Assembly (NCBI GenBank): GCA_016840465.1
Contig: JAEOSH010000077.1
Span: forward strand, 1 to 6,141
Source of the DNA: Candidatus Baldrarchaeum yapensis
Lineage (GTDB): Archaea > Asgardarchaeota > Baldrarchaeia > Baldrarchaeales > Baldrarchaeaceae
DNA length: 6,141 nt
Direction of reading: 5' to 3'
Shown here piece by piece: positions 1 through 5,978 of this stretch (the first letter of the stretch is position 1; every line of letters begins with the position of its first letter). A model generated the notes under the pieces. It made no database searches, was not told where the DNA came from, and saw only the letters and a list, made by a program, of their open reading frames with translations. The translations under genes were made by a program, and so were the position numbers.

Positions 1-15
1 CCTCACGTGCGTCCG
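1..15 (+). repeat. Direct terminal repeat, left copy (CCTCACGTGCGTCCG)
   Basis: Nucleotides 1-15 are identical to 6127-6141. Confidence 0.97.
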
Positions 16-100
16 CCCACGCCTGATCGGGACCGCCCGGTCATCAGCACGGGCACCACGATCGATGTTCCCAGCCGGGTTTATAAAAGTTGGGGTTTCC
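1..100 (-). mobile_element. Element E3, promoter-proximal part (continues across the junction into 6126->5979)
   Basis: GC-rich, non-coding and hairpin-rich (CTGAT/ATCAG and GACC/GGTC on the - strand). TATA box CTTTTATAAA at 89->80. Contiguous through the 15-nt overlap with 6126->5979, which has the family right end. The outer boundary is uncertain: CC at 99-100 or GG at 106-107. Confidence 0.5.
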
Positions 101-107
101 ATGATGG

Positions 108-368
108 TTGAAAGTATCGGCAATATTCATCCTAGTGAATAGTCGATGTTGGTGAGGTTGAGCGATAGCCGAGTTCATAGCCAGTGTGGATGACAGAATT
201 CCACTCCACATAATAGGGTATATGCCCGTACCAGGTATGCCTTGGAGGAGACCAACAGTTGAGGAGATGCGGAGGGCAGCGCTTCGCGCGAAAAGGCATC
301 TAAGGAGTGTTTCGTGGTCACTACCGTCGATAGAGGAGATATCGTATCTGAGCATCAGGTTGCTTTAA
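108..368 (+). pseudogene. Radical SAM protein (PFL-activase-like), C-terminal fragment, frameshifted
   Basis: Reads LKVSAIFI, +1 shift near 132-138, IVDVGEVER, -1 shift near 166, then AEFIASVDDRIPLHIIGYMPVPGMPWRRPTVEEMRRAALRAKRHLRSV to TAA at 366-368. The IA-F-ASVD-IP-HI and PT-EE-A-AK pattern resembles C-termini of PFL-activase-like radical SAM proteins. No usable start of its own. Confidence 0.8.
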
Positions 369-390
369 TAAAAAGGAAGTTTTTGTTTTA
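369..390. terminator. Putative bidirectional oligo-T terminator between convergent genes
   Basis: A5 run at 370-374 (T-run on -) and TTTTTGTTTT at 380-389 (on +), between the radical SAM stop (368) and the dfx stop (405). Confidence 0.4.
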
Positions 391-404
391 ACGTTCGGTA
401 GCGG

Positions 405-788
405 CTATTTTGACATCCACAATCCGTGGACGTTGCAGTATGCTCTAGCTTTGATATTATCAATCCCGGTTTTTACTTCAAAAGCCGCCTTCGGCTTGTC
501 TCCAAGGCTCAAAAACTTTCTGTAGACACCGTTGTTCGTTATCAGTTCTATCCATTCGATATGGTGCGCCTCGTTCATTGGATGCTCTACTGAACCAACC
601 CTTACGAGGATTCCCTCGTCCGTTGTTTCGATTATGGGCACGTGCTTCTCTCTGCCCTCATCCATCGTCCTTTCCTCTATTAGTTCCATGGGCTGTCCAC
701 AACAGACAAGCTTCCCCTTCCCAGGGTGTAGCACCTCGACAATATTCCCGCAGACGTTACATTTATAGATCTGCATCTCCTCGGTCAT
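405..788 (-). CDS. dfx: Desulfoferrodoxin (two-iron superoxide reductase)
   Basis: N-terminal centre I YKCNVCGN...LVCCGQPM. Centre II ligands in EKHVP, HPM, HHIEWI and YCNVHGLW. 127 aa, ATG start, 16 nt downstream of the rubrerythrin stop. Confidence 0.96.
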   Translation of the reverse strand: MTEEMQIYKCNVCGNIVEVLHPGKGKLVCCGQPMELIEERTMDEGREKHVPIIETTDEGILVRVGSVEHPMNEAHHIEWIELITNNGVYRKFLSLGDKPKAAFEVKTGIDNIKARAYCNVHGLWMSK

Positions 789-804
789 GATCTCATCTCA
801 CTTT

Positions 805-1389
805 TTAATATTCCTCACAGAGAGGTTTGAAATACGCGCGAGAATGACCGCAGGAGGGGCATTCTTCCGGCGGCTCCTCCCCGTAGTGCACGTATCCGCA
901 CTCCATACATACCCACCATATCTTTTTCTTCTTCCTAAATATCGACCCCGCTTCCAACTCCTTCAATATCTTTCTGAATCTCTGCTCATGGTGTTCCTCG
1001 GCCCTGGCAATGGCCCTCAGCCTGTTTGCAACTTCTATAAGACCCTCACTTTCAGCAACATCGGCAAACTCGGGATACATTTTTGTGTGCTCGTAGTTTT
1101 CTCCTATTATTGCCGCCTTCAGGTTCTCGACCGTGCTTCCCAATACTATAGGGGCGCCGACCTCTACTTTTACTTCGTCGGGCGCGTTATTCGTCCTTCT
1201 CCTAATCTCATTGATAAGCTTAAAAAGGGTGCTTGCGTGCTCTCTTTCGTTTTCGGCGGTGATCTCAAAAACCTCTGCTATTTGCTCATACCCCTCCTTC
1301 CTAGCGACTTTTGCGTAGAACAAATAGCGATTTGCTGCCTGGGATTCGCCAACGAACGCCTTAACGAGATTATGGAGCGTTTTCTGCAA
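805..1389 (-). CDS. rbr: Rubrerythrin
   Basis: Di-iron helix-bundle motifs AFVGESQAANRY, ENEREHA, GENYE and AEEHH. C-terminal rubredoxin-like CMECG...CPSCG. TTG start preceded by AGGAGGAGGAATGAGGT. Confidence 0.96.
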   Translation of the reverse strand: MQKTLHNLVKAFVGESQAANRYLFYAKVARKEGYEQIAEVFEITAENEREHASTLFKLINEIRRRTNNAPDEVKVEVGAPIVLGSTVENLKAAIIGENYEHTKMYPEFADVAESEGLIEVANRLRAIARAEEHHEQRFRKILKELEAGSIFRKKKKIWWVCMECGYVHYGEEPPEECPSCGHSRAYFKPLCEEY

Positions 1390-1427
1390 ACCTCATTCCT
1401 CCTCCTAAAACATAGGGTTTTCGTTGC

Positions 1428-1455
1428 CTTAAACTTTCTAGTAATGGAACATTAC
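1428..1455 (-). promoter_or_regulatory. Putative BRE/TATA promoter of rbr-dfx with an adjacent palindrome
   Basis: On the - strand, AGAAAG-TTTAAG at 1439->1428, about 40 nt upstream of the rbr start. Perfect 6-3-6 inverted repeat GTAATG-GAA-CATTAC at 1441-1455. Confidence 0.5.
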
Positions 1456-1540
1456 GATGAGAAATTCGTTTGATTGTTGCAACATACTTTAACAATAAGA
1501 ACTCGGAAGCCTATGCACAAAAATTGTGTGGGAGGTGGTG

Positions 1541-2206
1541 TTATCTTCTACGTGTTCCTCTAAGCAGTCTATACATTTGAGTTCCGAATTTTATCGATTC
1601 TTCCGGAAGCAGATGGACGTCGCCTATGCCCGATGCGAGGATGTAGATCATTGCCGCTCGTTCTACAAGTTGCGTTACTAAAAACGCCTCTTCTAAATCC
1701 TTGCCACAACATAGGAGTCCGTGATTTGCGAGCAACACAGCATTTCTATCCTCTAATGCCGCGACGGCATTGTTTGCAAGTTCCTCCGTTCCGGGCATCG
1801 CGTATTCTGCAACTTTAACTTCCCCTCCGACGTGTGCGAGGAACTCGTCCACAAGTGGAGGTATGTTCTTTCTGGCCACCGCAAATGCCGATGCGAATAT
1901 CGGGTGGGTGTGTATCACCGCGCCCACGTCCTCTCTTGATCTGTAAATTGCCAAGTGCATTTTTATCTCTATTGAGGGGTTGCGTTTGCCCTCGATTCTC
2001 TTTCCGGAGAGGTCTACGACAACCAAGTCATCGGGTGTTAAATCCTCGTAATTCACTTGACTTGGGGTTACAACTATGAGGTTTGGGTCTTCTGGAACCC
2101 TTGCGCTTATATTTCCGGCCGATCCTACGACTAGTCCGGACTCTAAGATCTTCCTTCCGTACCTGACAACTTCGTTTTTTAATCCGGTGATATCCTTTCC
2201 GGACAT
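1541..2206 (-). CDS. Class II aldolase/adducin family protein (L-fuculose-1-phosphate aldolase-like)
   Basis: GSAGNISAR, VVTPS, PSIEIKMHLAIY, AVIHTHP and LLANHG, which include the Zn-binding HxH and H residues. Shine-Dalgarno GTGAGGT upstream of the ATG. Substrate cannot be assigned from sequence. Confidence 0.93.
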   Translation of the reverse strand: MSGKDITGLKNEVVRYGRKILESGLVVGSAGNISARVPEDPNLIVVTPSQVNYEDLTPDDLVVVDLSGKRIEGKRNPSIEIKMHLAIYRSREDVGAVIHTHPIFASAFAVARKNIPPLVDEFLAHVGGEVKVAEYAMPGTEELANNAVAALEDRNAVLLANHGLLCCGKDLEEAFLVTQLVERAAMIYILASGIGDVHLLPEESIKFGTQMYRLLRGTRRR

Positions 2207-2215
2207 GGGTATACC

Positions 2216-3760
2216 TCACAGGAGGGATTCTGCTTTTAAATATAGTCTTTTCCATCTAGAATAGTGGGTGGTGTAGGCATTATGGTTTTTCTCATCGGCG
2301 TGAACCTCACGTGAGACCTTTACCATCGACCTCACGGCCGATTCAAAGTCGCGGTATTCGCGGATTCCGATCATTGCACATATTGCACATCCGAGACTAC
2401 TACTCTCCGTCACCTTGGGAATCTTCACACTAACTCCGAGCACATCGGATAATATTTGTACAAATAGTTTGTTTTTTGCCATTCCTCCGGTCACTATTGC
2501 GGCCAGTGGGGTGTATTTCGCAACTTCGCATATTGTTTCCAAGTTTGCTCTTATTGCGAATGCTATATTTTCGAGAATGGATCTTATGAAGTGACCCGCC
2601 GTTACTTGTCGAGCCCTGACAAGGACCTGTTGCGGGAAGAGAAAGACCGACGGCCTGATGGATACGAACTTTCGTGCATCCATTATTTGTGGACCGAGGG
2701 ATGAAACTAAGCCGTCGGATCCCACTGGTGCTTTTGATCCGAGTTTTTCCATGACTTCGTAAAGGACTTCATCCTTCTCTCTTATTTCGGGTGGCATTAG
2801 TGGTTTTGTGATGTTGTCCTTAAACCAGTCATAAACAAGGCCGGCGGCGCCTATGTTTGCTTCTAGTATCCATTTTCCAAGATACACGTGGCAGGTTGTC
2901 CAAATACGCATATGGGGGTCCAAAAGGGGAGAGTTTAGCACCATTTGGATGGGTGCTGTTGTCCCAGCTGCTATTCCCAGATCTTTATCGGCAATTACAC
3001 CCGCCCCGAGCATTGCACATTGGGTGTCTGCTCCTCCCACAATTACCTCGGTATTGTTACTTAATCCCAATTTGCTTGCCACCTCGCCTGTTATTGTTCC
3101 TATGGCCGTGCCTGGCTTTTCTATTTCCGGTAAAAGATACATTGGCAGACCAAGAGCTTCACATATTTCCTCGGACCATTCAAGTTTGTGAATATCGAGA
3201 AGCATTGTTTCGGCTGCGTTTGAGGGTTCTGAGACAATCTTACTCGATAATCTGTAAGTTACCCAGTCATTGATCGACAAAACCTTCCATATTTTGCTGA
3301 AGACCTCCGGGTTGTACCTTTTGAACCACAGAAGTCTGGGAAGCGCGAATAGAACTGGTGGCCAGTGTCCTGTTATTTCGAATATCCTATGGCCCATGGC
3401 TTTTTCTATTTCCGCCTGCACGAGAACCCCGCGTCCATCGGTGTTAGGTCCCGCGTACAGTTCTTTCCCCTCTTTGCTTATGAAAACGTAACTGTATCTC
3501 ATTCCAGTTACTGCGATCGCTCTTATTGCAGAACTGGGAACTCCGCTTCTGTCTATCGTTTTTCTAGCGGTTAAAACTATCTTATTCCAGAAGTCCTTTG
3601 GGTTGAACTCCACGGCATACGGCCTTGTGGGATCGTAGATATACTCCCATTTTGTGCGTTCTAAGGAGAGCATGTTCCCGTAGGAGTCAAAAATCGCGCA
3701 TCTTACCCCGCTAGTACCCGCGTCTATTGTGAGAACGTAAGGCTCCGGCATTGACATCAC
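2216..3760 (-). CDS. FGGY-family carbohydrate kinase, LsrK (autoinducer-2 kinase)-like
   Basis: IDAGTSG phosphate loop, GGADTQ, AGTT and GGMAKN motifs. LsrK-like features are GMR and PNTDGR (in place of the usual WxDxR), EPSNA and P..DPHM. The likely start is ATG 3757, overlapping the upstream stop as TGATG; GTG 3760 and ATG 3751 are alternatives. Confidence 0.9.
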   Translation of the reverse strand: MMSMPEPYVLTIDAGTSGVRCAIFDSYGNMLSLERTKWEYIYDPTRPYAVEFNPKDFWNKIVLTARKTIDRSGVPSSAIRAIAVTGMRYSYVFISKEGKELYAGPNTDGRGVLVQAEIEKAMGHRIFEITGHWPPVLFALPRLLWFKRYNPEVFSKIWKVLSINDWVTYRLSSKIVSEPSNAAETMLLDIHKLEWSEEICEALGLPMYLLPEIEKPGTAIGTITGEVASKLGLSNNTEVIVGGADTQCAMLGAGVIADKDLGIAAGTTAPIQMVLNSPLLDPHMRIWTTCHVYLGKWILEANIGAAGLVYDWFKDNITKPLMPPEIREKDEVLYEVMEKLGSKAPVGSDGLVSSLGPQIMDARKFVSIRPSVFLFPQQVLVRARQVTAGHFIRSILENIAFAIRANLETICEVAKYTPLAAIVTGGMAKNKLFVQILSDVLGVSVKIPKVTESSSLGCAICAMIGIREYRDFESAVRSMVKVSREVHADEKNHNAYTTHYSRWKRLYLKAESLL

Positions 3761-4773
3761 GCTTGTCCCTTTTCTAATACTTCAGGATTGACAACGAACT
3801 TGGGGCGTTCACCTCTGATAAAGCGCTCAATGTCCTCCGCTAGGATCTTTGCCTGTCTATCTATTACCTCGTGTGTTGATCCGCCTATGTGCGGCGTTAC
3901 TATCACGTTATCGAATTCAAGCAACGGGTTTCTCGAATCTATTGGTTCCCTTGCCGAGACGTCTACCGCGGCGCCCGCAATCCATCCTTCTCTGAGGGCT
4001 TTTATCAAGGCGTCCTCCTTGACAACCGCCCCACTAGCCATGTTGATGAAGTACGCCGTTCTCTTCATTCTCCTGAATTGTTCCTCCTTGAACATGTAAA
4101 GGGTTTCGGGCGTTACAGCGCAGTGAACCGTTACTATATCGGATTCGCGCAAGAGGGTTTCGAAATCCACCTTTTTAGCACCGACTTCGCGCAGTCTCTC
4201 ATCGCCATCTCCCACATATGGGTCGTAGACGAGAATTCTTGTTCCAAATGGCACCAATCTCTTTGCAACGCGGTATCCTATTCTTCCAAAGCCCACGATT
4301 CCCACGGTTTTTCCTCCCAGTTCGAATCCTCTCAGCCTTTCGTAGGTATCGAGGAAGTCGTCAAATCCCCCGACCACGACTTTTTCCACGCGGAGCATTC
4401 TATCGGCGAGGCATATTTTACGTAGGAGCGCTATTATGAGCCCTATTGTGAGATCCGCGACGGCATCGGCATTTCTCCCGGGAGTGTAAAAGACGGGAAC
4501 CCCTTTTTTCGTCGCGGCGTCTACTGCGACGTTTCGGACCTCATTTCTACATACTCCCACGAACTTCAGATCGCAAGACTCGAATACCCGCTTCCCCACG
4601 AAGTCTACCTCTACTATTATCGCGTCGAAATTCTCCTCCCGTATTCGCCTGATGAAGTCGTTATCTGATAGAACCCTTCTCGTCTTGAGCCACGGTTCAT
4701 ACACTATCTCCATGTACTTTTCGAGAATCCGCATTCCCTCTTTCCCGAAAGCTGCGGTTATGAGCACCCGCAA
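3757..4773 (-). CDS. D-isomer-specific 2-hydroxyacid dehydrogenase family (SerA-like), NAD-dependent
   Basis: TPGRNADAVADL, GKTVGIVGFGRIG Rossmann motif, YDPY (acidic residue favouring NAD), DV..REP and TPHIGG. TTG start. The usual NxARG motif reads NMASG. Confidence 0.93.
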   Translation of the reverse strand: MRVLITAAFGKEGMRILEKYMEIVYEPWLKTRRVLSDNDFIRRIREENFDAIIVEVDFVGKRVFESCDLKFVGVCRNEVRNVAVDAATKKGVPVFYTPGRNADAVADLTIGLIIALLRKICLADRMLRVEKVVVGGFDDFLDTYERLRGFELGGKTVGIVGFGRIGYRVAKRLVPFGTRILVYDPYVGDGDERLREVGAKKVDFETLLRESDIVTVHCAVTPETLYMFKEEQFRRMKRTAYFINMASGAVVKEDALIKALREGWIAGAAVDVSAREPIDSRNPLLEFDNVIVTPHIGGSTHEVIDRQAKILAEDIERFIRGERPKFVVNPEVLEKGQA

Positions 4774-4805
4774 TTTTATCCCTTTGCATAGTTACGGCGA
4801 AGGAC

Positions 4806-4818
4806 TTTTATTATTTTC
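4806..4818 (-). promoter_or_regulatory. Putative BRE/TATA of the dehydrogenase-kinase-aldolase operon
   Basis: On the - strand, GAAAA-TAATAAAA about 33-45 nt upstream of the TTG at 4773. Confidence 0.4.
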
Positions 4819-4834
4819 ATGTCACTCGGACGTT

Positions 4835-5018
4835 CCGTTCTGACTCTCCGCCACTTTTGTTGCAATTGACGCGTGTGTGGCGGAGAGCCTTCCCGTCTCG
4901 GGGTCCATCGACGGGCTTTCGCGGGGAGCGGTACTCCGCGCGTCCATCTGCCCCTCGCTCCGCCCTTTCGGGCTTCCCTTCCTCTCACCGTCCCTCCCAC
5001 ATCCCGGGCGGAGCCCGC
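4835..5018 (-). ncRNA. Putative structured RNA of E1 (omega-RNA-like scaffold)
   Basis: AAAA-CC-CTTATAAA with the TATA box at 5044->5037, about 25 nt before the GC-rich start GCGGGCTCCG. Helix CGGGCT/AGCCCG. 13-bp terminal stem (4889->4877 with 4854->4842) whose one non-Watson-Crick pair is a G.U only on the - strand. Confidence 0.55.
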
Positions 5019-5102
5019 TTAACACAACAGAAGTCCTTTATAAGGGTTTTGAGGTTGTAAAGGTGCGTGAAGGCAGCAAATGCAACACTATACGTTTCCT
5101 CC
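4835..5102 (-). mobile_element. Element E1: 264-bp non-autonomous, GG-bounded, IS607-like mini-element
   Basis: Left end 5098->5059 is 37/40 identical to E2 5709-5748. Terminal 30 nt (4864->4835) are 28/30 identical to E2 5929-5958. Homology to E2 stops at the right-end GG, and GGGG precedes the left end in both. No credible ORF. The family assignment is inference. Confidence 0.75.
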
Positions 5103-5259
5103 CCGAGTTTCTCGAGGCGGAAGGAAAGTTATTAAATTATGGGTAACATCCTTTCCCTGAAAAGTAATACATGATAGGCGGTCATGTGACCATTTGCCGA
5201 GAAACAAATCGCAAGGACACAACTCACATCGATGCGTAGGGGGCGTTAAGGTGGGCGTG

Positions 5260-5706
5260 ATGAAGTGGTGGCGGTGCAGAAATCCATTTTTTAGAAAGGT
5301 AACGTATGCGGAACGGTCAGGCACGATGTACGTTTACAGTTTTGGTTGCAACTGGGCGTGCCTAGTGTGTACTTAATAGGATAAAGGATCCATGTGAGGA
5401 GGACGGTTGCAGGAGGATTGAGGAACGAAGGATGGAGTACTATCGGAGTGGACTGATAAAAACTGTGAGGTTTCTTGGCGGGGAGCCCCTAATAAATCCC
5501 CAGTTGCCGGCCATAGCAAAGTTTGCGGCCGATTTGGGGGGTAAGGGTGGAAATTGGGCATACAAACCTTTCCGTGATGCCTCCCGATGTCGCCGAAAGT
5601 GCTGTTGTTAGCATAAAGGCCATTGATGAGGCATACATAGGAAGTATACTGGAAACTTTTCCAATAGGAATGTGCTCAGGAACTTTGAGAAGTACCACCA
5701 GAGGGG
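5260..5706 (+). pseudogene. Radical SAM protein (PFL-activase-like), N-terminal fragment, frameshifted and interrupted by E2
   Basis: CxxxCxxC (GCNWACLVC, Cys codons at 5347, 5359 and 5368). Shift near 5371, then VRFLGGEPL (5477-5488 = GGEP). +1 G in the G6 run at 5536-5541, then VEIGHTN...SIKAIDE. Shift near 5632, then IHRKYTG...NVLRNFEKYHQRG. Start codon uncertain. Confidence 0.88.
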
Positions 5707-5958
5707 CAGAAACGTATAGTGTTGCATTTGTTGCCCTCATGCACCTTTGATGCACCGTAAAGCAATGAGGTGTGCTGATGCCGTAACTTTATATTTGTTT
5801 TCTCCACAAAGAAGATTTGGTGGGCTCCGATTTCCGAGAGCCCGCGGGCGATGAAGGTCCGGTGACGTACCGGAGAACCCGCGGTGAGGGGGTCGGAGCG
5901 TCGCCGCGATGAAGGTCTCCGCCACGAATGCAACAAAAGTGGCGGAGAACCAGAACGG
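5705..5958 (+). mobile_element. Element E2: 250-bp non-autonomous, GG-bounded, IS607-like mini-element inserted in the radical SAM gene
   Basis: GG at 5705-5706 and 5957-5958. Removing 5707-5958 gives CAG AGG GGT ATG CGG (QRGMR), in frame. Both ends are homologous to E1. Confidence 0.8.
5819..5958 (+). ncRNA. Putative structured RNA of E2 (omega-RNA-like scaffold)
   Basis: TTTATAT at 5788-5794, about 27 nt before GGTGGGCTCCG. Hairpins GGGCTC/GAGCCC, TCCGGT/ACCGGA and TCTCCGCCAC/GTGGCGGAGA (5916-5925 with 5939-5948), followed by ACCAGAACGG. Confidence 0.55.
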
Positions 5959-5978
5959 TATGCGGCTTAAGACAAACA

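Noticed and set aside
7-15. GTGCG as a group II intron 5' end, with GTATGCGG near 5304 as domain V
   Set aside because: No domain V/VI helix, no reverse transcriptase, and the 5304 match lies inside radical SAM coding sequence.
20-50. CTGATGA on the - strand as a hammerhead core or C/D box
   Set aside because: No GAAA after stem II for a hammerhead, and no convincing C' and D boxes.
44-355. 103-aa minus-strand ORF
   Set aside because: Antisense to the radical SAM C-terminal fragment and runs into E3; no motifs.
787-1473. 228-aa plus-strand ORF
   Set aside because: Antisense shadow of rubrerythrin with no recognisable motifs. The same applies to the plus-strand ORFs inside 405-4773.
4776-5146. 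Short ORFs 4776-5000, 4822-5025, 4857-5060 and 4877-5146, and likewise 5676-5936 and 5737-5979
   Set aside because: Arg/Pro/Gly-rich by-products of the GC-rich elements, not conserved in frame between E1 and E2, with no transposase motifs.
5180-5191. Palindrome GGTCA-TG-TGACC upstream of the radical SAM gene
   Set aside because: 5-bp arms, single occurrence, within chance expectation.
5059-5748. The 40-bp inverted repeat as terminal inverted repeats of one transposon enclosing the radical SAM N-half
   Set aside because: Each arm belongs to its own outward-pointing element with a separate right end, and the gene continues beyond E2.
5907-5958. SECIS-like or K-turn-like hairpin (ATGAA, 12-bp stem, A-rich loop, AGAA)
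   Set aside because: No gene with a plausible in-frame Sec TGA nearby, and the homologous E1 hairpin lacks the ATGA core. A K-turn in E2 alone is not excluded.
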